Positions 51,279-60,077 of a stretch of 64,000 bases of DNA are shown in pieces. Source of the stretch: an uncultured Gammaproteobacteria bacterium (GTDB lineage Bacteria; Pseudomonadota; Gammaproteobacteria; UBA9214); assembly GCA_963773065.1 (NCBI GenBank), contig CAVYZN010000017.1:32001-96000 (forward strand). Reading direction: 5' to 3'. The notes below the pieces were generated by a model that ran no database searches, was not told the origin of the DNA, and saw only the letters and a list, made by a program, of their open reading frames with translations. The position numbers were made by a program, and so were the translations under genes. Each line of letters starts with the position of its first letter. The stretch's first letter is position 1.

Positions 51279-52497
51279 TTACTTGGCGGAGTGTCCGCTC
51301 ATCTTGATCTCGACCTTCTCCTCATCCTTCAGGCCGGAGTAATACTCGCGCAGGATGGCGAGCACTTCCGGACGGGAAAACTTGTCGGAAACCGCTTCGC
51401 CTTCGGACAGGGACTTGCGCAGCTTGGTGCCCGACAGCAGGATCCGGTCCGCGGCCGCATGCGGGCAGGTCTTCATGGACGCCATGCCGTCGCACTTGTT
51501 GCACCAGAAGGTCCAGTCGATCTTGAGCGGCTGGGTTTCCAGCGCATCGGCCGGGATCTCGTCGAAATATATGGTGCGCATCGAACGGGCCGTAGTAGTC
51601 GCCCACGCCGGCATGGTCACGCCCCACGATCTGATGGGAGCAGCCGTAGTTCTGGCGGAACAGGGCGTGCAGCAGGGCTTCGCGCGGGCCGGCGTAGCGC
51701 ATGTCCAGCGGATAGCCCGCCTGGATGACGGTGTTGTCGGAAAAATAATTCTTGATCAGCACGCCGATGGCCCGGCTGCGCACATCGGCGGGGATATCGC
51801 CGGGTTTCAGCTTGCCGAGCAGTGAGTGGATCAGCACGCCGTCCAGCGTTTCGATGGCGATCTTGGCCAGATACTCGTGCGAGCGGTGCATGGGGTTGCG
51901 GGTCTGGAACGCCGCGACGGTATGCCAGCCGCGCTTCTGGAATTCCGCCCGGGTCTGCGCCGGGGTCATGAACTGTTTGCCGTAGGCTTCCGGGAAGCCG
52001 CCCTGGGAGAGGACCTTGATGGGGCCGGCCAGGTTCACGTCGCCCTGCTCCATCACCATCTTGACACCCGGATGCTCGGCGTCGGTGGTCTTGTAGACCA
52101 TCATGCATTCGTGCTTCTTGTCGATGCGATACTTTTCGGTGACCTTCATGGTGGCCAGGATGTCGCCGCTCTCGGAGTCGATCAGCGCGATGTCGTTGCC
52201 TTCCTCGATGGCGTTGGCGGTCGCTTCATCGGTCGACAGCGTGATGGGAATCGGCCAGAACAGGCCACTGGACATCTTCATGCCGTCACAGACGCCTTGC
52301 CAGTCCGCGTGGGTCATGAAACCGGTGAGCGGCGTGAAGCCGCCGATACCCATCATGATGATGTCGCCGGCTTCGCGCGAGGAAACCCTGACTTTGGGCA
52401 GACCTTTGGCGCGCGCCTTCTCGGCGGCCAGCGCGTCACCTTCGAGCAACAACGGCTTCAGATCACCGCCGCCATGCGGCTTAACTAAAGTTGACAT
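51279..52497 (-). CDS. sat: Sulfate adenylyltransferase, one frameshift near 51565 (probably an error)
   Basis: [21 protein letters not shown] and GRDHAGVG in ORF 51322-52497; the C-terminus FDEIP...CNKC...SGTKLR...SRPEV is in ORF 51279-51620. Confidence 0.93.
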
Positions 52498-52652
52498 ACG
52501 ACTCCTTAACGCTGCGATGCGTATCCGATTCTCTTACTTCGCGAGATATCCCGGCTGCCGCGGGGATAAATGAACTACCCCCCGCCGAGTGTAGGGGGAA
52601 GATACGATATAGTTTTGCCCATAAAATGCCAACCAGTAATATCTAGCCAAGC

Positions 52653-52667
52653 ATAAAGCCGGCTTAT
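52653..52667. promoter_or_regulatory. LysR/CbbR-type palindrome upstream of sat
   Basis: ATAA-AGCCGGC-TTAT (ATAA-N7-TTAT, T-N11-A) flanked by an AT-rich tract. Confidence 0.55.
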
Positions 52668-52846
52668 AATATTAAGCAATTGTTTTTAAAAATAAAAAAT
52701 GACATTTTCCATCAGCATTTACTAATGGAGACAAAACCCGCCGGGCTTGCCCAAGTTCGCTTCAGGCATTCTGCCCTCCCGCGACACTCGCACATCCCTG
52801 TGCATCGTCCCTGCACAAAACGCGGTCAAAGCCGGCATGGCCGGGT

Positions 52847-53635
52847 CTAGGCGCTGATCATCCGGAATCCGATCAGCGCCAGCACCAGGGCGAAGATCCG
52901 CCGCAGCACCGGGCGCGGCAGATGATGCGCCAGGCGGGCGCCGAGCGGCGCCGCGAGTATGCTGGTCGAGACGATACCGGCCACCGCCGGCCAGTAGATG
53001 AAACCGGTATTCATCCCGCCCGGTGCGTCGGCGCCCAGTCCGCCCACGGCAAACCCGGCTGCTCCGGCGATGGCGACGGGCAGTCCGCAGGCGGCCGCCG
53101 TGCCGACGGCGCTGCGGATATCGACCCGGTTCCAGAGCAGGAAGGGCACCGTCAGCGTCCCGCCCCCGATGCCCAGCATGGCTGAAACAGCGCCTATCAC
53201 TACGCCGGCCAGTCCCAGGTTCAGCGTCCCCGGCAGGGAACGGTGCGCCCCGGGTTGCCGGCCGGCCAGCAACTGCAGCGCGACCAGCAGCTCGAAGACT
53301 CCAAACAGCAGGCCCAACCCCGGGCTGGTTAGCTGCCCGGCCAGCCACGCCCCGCCCAAGGCGCCCAGCACGATGCCGGGCGTCATGCCGCCGACGGCCT
53401 GCCAGTGGATGCCGCCACGCCAGTGGTGGGACAGCAGCGAGGAGACCGACGTCGGGACGATGGTGGCGAGCGATGTGCCAATGGCGAAATGCATCAGGTT
53501 GACGGCAGGGAAACCCCGCAGGGAAAACACGGCGGCGAGCGCCGGCACGATCACCAGGCCGCCGCCGATGCCGAGCAGCCCGGCGAGCACGCCGGCGACG
53601 GCGCCGGTGCCGAGATAGGCCAGCAGTTCAGTCAT
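52847..53635 (-). CDS. TauE/SafE-family sulfite exporter
   Basis: AGLLGIGGGLVIVP, AIGTSLA, SAMLGIGGGTLTVP and GFIYWPA. Confidence 0.9.
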   Translation of the reverse strand: MTELLAYLGTGAVAGVLAGLLGIGGGLVIVPALAAVFSLRGFPAVNLMHFAIGTSLATIVPTSVSSLLSHHWRGGIHWQAVGGMTPGIVLGALGGAWLAGQLTSPGLGLLFGVFELLVALQLLAGRQPGAHRSLPGTLNLGLAGVVIGAVSAMLGIGGGTLTVPFLLWNRVDIRSAVGTAAACGLPVAIAGAAGFAVGGLGADAPGGMNTGFIYWPAVAGIVSTSILAAPLGARLAHHLPRPVLRRIFALVLALIGFRMISA

Positions 53636-53679
53636 CGTTGGCGGGTTCCCTGGTGGCGGGCGAGACGTTTGTTGTTAAG

Positions 53680-53758
53680 GTGAAAAGTGAGAAGTAATAA
53701 AGTGAGAAGTGGAAGAACAGAGTGTAATGGCCACGGAAGCACACGGAAAGACACGGAA
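53680..53758. repeat. Short tandem repeats
   Basis: GTGAAAA/GTGAGAA heptamers (53680-53715), then CACGGAA three times at 10-bp period (53732-53758). Confidence 0.65.
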
Positions 53759-53770
53759 TAAAAAAGTGGA

Positions 53771-54552
53771 AAAGGGGTCAGTACCCTTTACCTCTACCTT
53801 CCACTAGACTATCAACGGACCTGGATCGAACAAGGATGTTCGCATGCCACGCAAGCCCCGATTCTATCTGCCGGGTATTCCGGCCCATGTGATTCAACGC
53901 GGAAACTGCCGACAGGCGGTTTTCTTTGACGACAGTGATTACCGCGCTTATCTGCAATGGTTGGCGGAAGGAACTGCGAAGCATGATTGCGTCATCCACG
54001 CCTATGTGCTGATGACGAATCATGTGCATCTGTTGGTCACGCCCTCCCACCCCCACGCCATCAGCCGGACCCTTCAATATGTCGGTCGCCATTACGTGCC
54101 CTATATCAATCATGTCTATGGCAAGAGCGGCACCTTGTGGGAAGGGCGTCATAAAGGTTGCATCGTCGACAGCGAGCATTATCTGTTCGCTTGCATGCGT
54201 TATATTGAACTGAATCCCGTACGGGCGGGAATGGTCGATAAACCCATCGATTACCGTTGGTCCAGCTATGCAGCCAATGCGGCAGGACAGCCTGATGCGC
54301 TTACGGTTCCGCACGCGCGATACCATGACTTGGGCGGGACTCCAGAGGCTCGGCAAATGGGGTATCGTGAACTGTTTCGCGCCGCACTGGAGCCGAACCA
54401 TGTGCATGATATTCGTACAACGGTTCAGACTGGTACGCCATTGGGTAATGATCGGTTTCGCCAGCAGATCGAGCAGACATTGGGATGTAAAGTCGGACAG
54501 TCCCGGCGAGGCAGGCCGGGAGGAGAACAAGGAAAAAGGGTACTGACCCCTT
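53771..54552. mobile_element. Y1-transposase element bounded by inverted self-palindromic ends
   Basis: AAAGGGGTCAGTACCCTTT (53771-53789) and AAAGGGTACTGACCCCTT (54535-54552). Confidence 0.75.
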
Positions 54553-54575
54553 ATTTCAAGGATAGTAGCCGTTGA
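53844..54575 (+). CDS. HUH/Y1 transposase (IS200-like/RAYT-type)
   Basis: MPRKPR, HVIQRGN, YVLMTNHVHLL (HUH), YIELNPVRA (catalytic Tyr) and YRWSSY. Confidence 0.92.
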   Translation: MPRKPRFYLPGIPAHVIQRGNCRQAVFFDDSDYRAYLQWLAEGTAKHDCVIHAYVLMTNHVHLLVTPSHPHAISRTLQYVGRHYVPYINHVYGKSGTLWEGRHKGCIVDSEHYLFACMRYIELNPVRAGMVDKPIDYRWSSYAANAAGQPDALTVPHARYHDLGGTPEARQMGYRELFRAALEPNHVHDIRTTVQTGTPLGNDRFRQQIEQTLGCKVGQSRRGRPGGEQGKRVLTPYFKDSSR

Positions 54576-54739
54576 GCACATACGCCTCCCGAGGCTTACA
54601 ATCCCCATCAGTTCAGACCGATGCCGGGCGTACACAATGTCGTAGACGTGGACGGATGTATCGTTTGCTCTACTCTCGACAAACACGCCGTACTTCCCCG
54701 TTGGATGGAGCAGGCGCTTCACGCTTTACCACCAAGTGA

Positions 54740-55306
54740 ACTAGCCGAATCACCGCTGAAGTCGTTGACGAAGACGGGGAACAGTCACTGCCAAATGCCC
54801 TGCGGCAGTTCCAGTGGGCAGATTTCAGAGGGGACTTCAACTCCGCGATTCAAAGCCTTGTCGAAGGCCTTGCGTTACTCCGTCAAAGCAAGCCACTTGC
54901 TCGGCCCAAAGGAAAATCCAAAGGTTATGTCTTTATCAGCTATGCCTCGGAGGACGAGGCGTTCGTTGAGGAACTGAAAACACATATGAAGGGGCGCGGC
55001 TACACGTACTGGGATTTTCGAGAAAGCCAGCGCAACTATCAGGTCGACTACACGATCGAGCTCGAAGGGGTCATAAATGATGCCGAGGCAACGCTCACTG
55101 TCATCTCACCCGATTGGAAGAAGTCACCCACGTCTTTGCAGGAACTGCACTTCTCGAAAGAAGTTCGTAAGCCTGTGTTCTTGCTGCGTGTCAGAGACCC
55201 TGGGCCTACCTTGGCACTGGCAGGAATGACGTTTATCGATTTTACGGGCGCGCGCAAGGCAGGCTTCGCAAAGCTCGACTCCGAGCTCGTCAAGTTCGGA
55301 CTGTGA
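54740..55306 (+). pseudogene. 5'-truncated tandem-TIR-domain gene cassette
   Basis: The frame of ORF 54986 stays open back to 54740: LPNALRQFQWADFRGDFNSAIQSL (TIR C-terminus), then YVFISYASEDEAFVEEL...ISPDW..S...LQEL (a complete TIR). Confidence 0.7.
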
Positions 55307-55313
55307 GCATGGG

Positions 55314-55371
55314 GCCGAACCCTTCGTTCCAGCGGACCGCCTTCGGCGGCCGCTGAACTCAATCGTTAGGC
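55314..55371 (+). mobile_element. attC site
   Basis: GCCGAAC-CCTTCGTTCCAGCGGACCGCCTTCGGCGGCCGCTGAACTCAATC-GTTAGGC, 58 bp, between two co-oriented ORFs. Confidence 0.85.
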
Positions 55372-55386
55372 ACCTGAAAGCACACC

Positions 55387-56256
55387 ATGGCCACGATTCG
55401 AGAGTACTTTGATACCGACGCACGAGCGCTGACGATGCATGGGGCCTGGACCTTTGGCACCAAAGATGGCGTGGCACTCGCCGAGGTTATCGCCAAGATT
55501 GCCTACGACTTCGAGGCCAACGCAAAGTACTGGTACTTCTATGTGCCAGCCATGGACGACTTGTCTCAGTGCTTAAGTGCGCTCTTCAATTCTGCCGAAC
55601 TTGAGAACTGTCGCCTCGGACCCGATGGAGATGGCGTCTACGTAGAAATGGGTCACGCCGAATATTCGGAACGGCAATCCACTGCGACCCTCCAGTTCAC
55701 TAAGCGAGTTCACCTCTATCTCGACTTCGACCTTACACCGGAGAATAGAGCATCTCTAGTCGCGGAGATTCTTGCGCGGGGTAAATTCCGTGTCTATCCG
55801 TGATCGGGCATACGCGCGCAGGCTGTCATTGAGTGAGAAGCCGCTCGCTTTCATTTCGCATGACTTCACGAGATAAAGATGCGTTCGTTCGCGAGCTTGC
55901 TCATGAACTCGCAAAGAACTTCTGTACGGTCTGGTACGACGAATTCTCACTGAAGGTTGGTGATAGCCTTCGAGCGTGCATAGAGCGTGGTCTTCGCGAA
56001 ACTAAGAAATGCATCGTGGTGTTGTCACCCAACTTTCTGTCGAATGACGGCTGGGGTCGGGCTGAGTTCGACTCAATCTTTACGCGGGAGATCCTCGAAA
56101 AACAAAACGTGATACTCCCGGTCTGGCTCAACGTTGACGTCAAAGATGTCTACAACTACAGCCCTCGCTTGGCAGACAAAGTTGGGCTTGCTGCGACTCT
56201 AGGCGTTCCCGAGGTCGCACGCCTCTTGGCAATGCGGGTCCGCAAGAGGCGCTTAA
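55387..56256 (+). pseudogene. Cassette gene: unknown N-domain plus TIR domain, frameshifted near 55785 and 55865
   Basis: Frames join as ...VSIRDRAYARRLSLSEKPLAFISHD / SRDKDAFVRELA...VWYDEFSLKVGDSL...VVLSPNF...W...EF...ILPVW. It ends at an attC-like GCTTAAC (56251). Confidence 0.75.
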
Positions 56257-56303
56257 CATGGCGGTCAAAAGGATCCGCCGATACGGCTGCCGACCTTCAA
56301 CGT
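56251..56303 (+). mobile_element. Truncated attC (left half) abutting IS701
   Basis: GCTTAAC-ATGGCGGTCAA resembles R''-L'', and R'' nearly complements the cassette-start GTTAGGC. Confidence 0.45.
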
Positions 56304-57700
56304 CTGTGTTATAAAATAAGGCATCATGGCGGCCTCTTCAAGTGCTTTATGAGGTTCGCAATGGGTCTGAGTCTGGAAGCACGGTTTGAGAAGTACAGTG
56401 ACACGATCGTGAACACGCTGATGCACGCAGATAGTGAGCAACAGGCGCGCTGGTACATCAAGGGATTGATGTTGCCGGGTGAGCGCAAGAGCGTGGAGCA
56501 GATGGCGGCGCGCGTGCAGCCGCAGAATGTACGCTCGGCGCATGAGTAGATGCATCACCTGGTGGCTGAAGCGGCCTGGAGCGACGAGGCGATGTTGTCG
56601 GCGGTGGCCGGGGCCGTGCTTCCCAAGCTGGTGCGTGAGGACGTGCCGGTGCACTGGATCGTGGACGACACGGGGTTTGCGAAGAAGGGCAACCACTCGG
56701 TGGGGGTCGCGCGTCAGTACTGCGGCCAGACGGTTAAGCAGGACAACTGCCGAGTGGCGGTGTCGCTGTCGATCGCCACGGCCTTCGGCAGCCTTCCTGT
56801 GGGCTATCGATTGTACTTGCCGCGCGCGTGGACCGGCGATGTGGCGCGTCGACGCCAGGTCGGCGTGCCCGAGGCGGTTGGCTTCGAGACCAAGCCGGCG
56901 TTGGCGATGCGCCAGATCGAGGCGGCTTTGGCGTCGGGTTATCCGCGCGGCGTCGTGCTGGCGGATGCCGCCTACGGCGACGAGACGGCGTGGCGCGAGC
57001 AACTGGCTGCGCACGAGTTGACCTATGCGGTGGGCGTAAGGCCGGGGACGACGGTATGGTGGGGTGAACATCAACCGCTGACCGAGCCGAAGCCTGAAGG
57101 CCAACGCGGCAGAGCGCGCAGGCGACTAGAGCGGGACGACGATCATCAGCGGATTTCAGTGGCCGAGTTGGCGCGGGTGCTGCCGGGGAAGAGATGGCGG
57201 ACGGTGACCTGGCGCCGGGGGTGTCTGAGCCGCTGAGCTCGCGTTTCGCGCGGGTGCGCGTGCGGGCGGCCCACCGCGACCGGCCCCGGGACGAAGAGTG
57301 GCTGATCATCGAATGGGCAGAGGGTGCCGATGAACCGGCCCACTACTGGTGCAGCAATCTTCCCAGGAACCTGCCCTGGCAGGAGATGATCGACACGGTG
57401 ATGGGACGCTGGCGCATCGAGCGAGATTACGAGGAGCTCAAGCAGGAGCTTGGGCTGGGTCACTACGAAGGCCGCAACTGGAGAGGCTTCCATCATCACG
57501 CGAGTCTGTGCATTGCCGCTTACGGTTTTCTGATGCTGGAACGCCTCGCCGGCAGTAAAAAAAACTCAGTTCAACTCAAAGCGCCTACACTACCCACCGG
57601 CTTGCGCCCGCGCGGGGCTGGAACCGATGCAGCGACATGAGCAAACGTCGATCGCCACCTGCCGTTTCCGGCTGGCACGCGCCATCGCGAGAACACTCAC
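56304..57700 (+). mobile_element. Defective IS701-family element (transposase 56361-57640)
   Basis: GLMLPGERKSVE, WIVDDTGFAKKG.HSVGVARQYCG, ADAAYG and RWRIERDYEELKQELGLGHYEGR. In-frame TAG at 56547 and a frameshift near 57220. Probable left end CTGTGTTATAA; right end not found. Confidence 0.88.
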
Positions 57701-57701
57701 G

Positions 57702-58145
57702 ATGCCTATGATATTGACGCTCAACATCAAACTCTCCGGTTGGCGCATGACAACAGACTCATGGTCTGCGCGAGTCGAAGTGACTGAAAACACCACTCTC
57801 ACGGAATTGCATGAAACGATTTTGCGACTGGTCGGATTTGATAACGATCACCTACATGCGTTCTTTGCGGGGCGCAATTGGCGAAATCGGAAAATAAGGT
57901 ATGGAGAGCCTGCCGACACTCCGTTTGGGTTCAATGAAGACGAGGAAGTGACCCTCCGAGAAGTCTTTCCGTTACCGAAGGGGTACAAGCTCTATTACTA
58001 CTTTGATTTTGGGGACGATTGGTTGTTTCAAATTTCTCGTCGCCCGAATACCAAGGAGGCGGATCGAAATGCAGAGTACCCGCGGCTCCTACACGAGAAG
58101 GGGCTGCGACCAATACAATACCCTTGTGAACACGGTGAGGGCTAA
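57702..58145 (+). CDS. Plasmid pRiA4b ORF-3-family protein
   Basis: TLTELHETI...FDNDHLHAF and YYFDFGDDW. The stop lies inside GGCTAAC (attC R''-like). Confidence 0.8.
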   Translation: MPMILTLNIKLSGWRMTTDSWSARVEVTENTTLTELHETILRLVGFDNDHLHAFFAGRNWRNRKIRYGEPADTPFGFNEDEEVTLREVFPLPKGYKLYYYFDFGDDWLFQISRRPNTKEADRNAEYPRLLHEKGLRPIQYPCEHGEG

Positions 58146-58187
58146 CACGCCCATCAACGAAATGACTGACTCAGAAGCTGCTCCAAT

Positions 58188-58481
58188 ATGAATAGTAAAA
58201 TCGGAAGAAATGATCCCTGCCCATGTGGGAGCGGTAAAAAGTACAAAAAGTGTTGCATGGAAAAGGACCGTATAGCCAATTCATTGTCCTGGCAAGATAG
58301 TGACGGCATTCATGTTGTAGGGCGAGGTGACAAACCATCTGGCGATAAACTTCTGGAGATGACAAAGAAGTATCAAGAGCAAATACGCATGTCACCCTTA
58401 TGGGATGAGATGGTTGAAAAATATGGCCAAGAAAAAGCAGAAGAACTGCTAACTCAGTTTGAGGTGAAGCTTGGAGAGTAA
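58188..58481 (+). CDS. SEC-C motif protein
   Basis: [20 protein letters not shown] at the N-terminus. Confidence 0.85.
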   Translation: MNSKIGRNDPCPCGSGKKYKKCCMEKDRIANSLSWQDSDGIHVVGRGDKPSGDKLLEMTKKYQEQIRMSPLWDEMVEKYGQEKAEELLTQFEVKLGE

Positions 58482-58502
58482 TTCAACATTGAGCTATTTC
58501 TC

Positions 58503-58636
58503 AGGGAAGCTCTGATTAAGTCCGTTCGTGGTGAGCCTGTCGAACCATGAACGGACGAATCGCCTGACAATTATGGCATTTCCCGTTCACCCTTCGACAA
58601 GCTCAGGGCGAACGGGAGACTTGATCAGAGCTACCT
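58503..58636. repeat. MITE-like element
   Basis: Terminal IRs AGGGAAGCTCTGATTAAGTC / GACTTGATCAGAGCTACCT; inner CCGTTCG.GGTGAGCCTGTCGAA / TTCGACAAGCTCAGGGCGAACGG. Confidence 0.7.
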
Positions 58637-58676
58637 CGGGATATTTTGGCATAACAAGGCCCGATTTTATTTTCGA

Positions 58677-60041
58677 TCACCTGATCCAGAGAGTCTTGGC
58701 GTTCATGAACTCGCGCAGGCCGAGCCGGGACAGCTCCCGCCCGTAACCGGAATGCTTGATGCCGCCAAACGGCAGGCGGGGATCGCTCTTGACCAGGCCG
58801 TTGACGAAGGCGCAGCCGCATTCGAGCCGGCGCGCCACGCGCTCGCCGCGCGCGCTGTCCCGGGTCCAGACGCTGCCGCCCAGGCCGAACTCGGAATCAT
58901 TGGCGATGCGCACGGCATCGTCCTCGTCGCGCGCCCGGATCACGCTGGCGACCGGTCCGAACAGTTCCTCGCCCCAGGCGCGCATGCCGGGCTTGACGTG
59001 ATCCAGGATCGAGGGCCGGTAAAAGGCGCCCGGCCCGTCTATCGGGCGGCACCCGGTCACCGCCACGGCGCCGGCGGCCAGGCTGTCGATCACCTGCCGG
59101 TGCAACTCATCGCGGAGATCCAGGCGCGCCAGCGGGCCGATCTGGGTCGTTTCATCCAGCGGGTCGCCGACCACCAGCGCCTCGACCCCGGCCTTGAAGC
59201 GGCGCACGAATTCCCCGGCTATTGCCTCCACTAAGATGAAGCGTTTCGCGGCGATGCAGCTCTGGCCGCTGTTGATGAAGCGCGAGGTGACCGCGTTTGG
59301 CACCGCCAGGTCCAGGTCCGCGTCTTCGAGCACCACGAAGGCATCCGAGCCGCCCAGCTCCAGCACCGACTTCTTGATCAGGGAACCGGCGGCGGCGGCC
59401 ACCTCGCGCCCGGCCGGTTCGCTGCCGGTCAGGGTCACCGCCTGGACGCGCGGGTCGCCGATCACCCCGGCCACCTGCCCGGAGGGTATCATCAGGCTGC
59501 GGAACACCCCGCCGGGGAAGCCGGCCTCGGCGAACACCGACTCGATGGCGAGCGCGCACTGCGGGACATTGGAGGCGTGCTTCAGCAGAGCGGTGTTGCC
59601 GGCCATCAGCGCCGGGGCGGCAAAGCGGAACACCTGCCAGAACGGGAAGTTCCAGGGCATGACCGCGAGCACGGCGCCGAGCGGCTGCCAGGCCACCAGG
59701 CTGCGGCCGGCATCGGTTTCGATCACTTCATCCGCGAGGAAGGCCGGGCCCTGTGCCGCGTAGTACTCGCACACCCAGGCGCATTTTTCGATCTCGGCGC
59801 GCGCTTCCCGGATCGGCTTGCCCATTTCCCGCGTGATGATCGCGGCGAACTCCTCCCCGTGCCGGCGCAGCACCGCGGCCGCCTCGCGCAGCAGGGCGGA
59901 GCGCTCCCCGATTGACGCTTGCCGCCAGGAGGCGCTTGCCGCGGCCGCCGCCTGCAGCGCCGACTCAATCTGCGCCGGCGTGAATGCATCAACCACGCGG
60001 AGTGTATTACCATTCGCGGGATTAACTGATCTGAATGACAT
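58677..60041 (-). CDS. gabD: NAD(P)-dependent succinate-semialdehyde dehydrogenase
   Basis: MPWNFPFWQ, LTGS, LELGGSD, SGQSCIA, EELFGPV and PFGGIKHSGYGRE. Confidence 0.85.
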   Translation of the reverse strand: MSFRSVNPANGNTLRVVDAFTPAQIESALQAAAAASASWRQASIGERSALLREAAAVLRRHGEEFAAIITREMGKPIREARAEIEKCAWVCEYYAAQGPAFLADEVIETDAGRSLVAWQPLGAVLAVMPWNFPFWQVFRFAAPALMAGNTALLKHASNVPQCALAIESVFAEAGFPGGVFRSLMIPSGQVAGVIGDPRVQAVTLTGSEPAGREVAAAAGSLIKKSVLELGGSDAFVVLEDADLDLAVPNAVTSRFINSGQSCIAAKRFILVEAIAGEFVRRFKAGVEALVVGDPLDETTQIGPLARLDLRDELHRQVIDSLAAGAVAVTGCRPIDGPGAFYRPSILDHVKPGMRAWGEELFGPVASVIRARDEDDAVRIANDSEFGLGGSVWTRDSARGERVARRLECGCAFVNGLVKSDPRLPFGGIKHSGYGRELSRLGLREFMNAKTLWIR

Positions 60042-60077
60042 AGGGAACTCCCGTCAAGCTCACGAACCCGGCGCGCC

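Noticed and set aside
54621-54977. 118-aa ORF upstream of the TIR gene
   Set aside because: Its 3' two-thirds overlap the TIR-coding frame; probably spurious or a chimeric remnant.
55833-56549. TIR-transposase fusion protein
   Set aside because: This is a chance in-frame read-through from a frameshifted TIR gene into a dead IS701, ending at a premature TAG.
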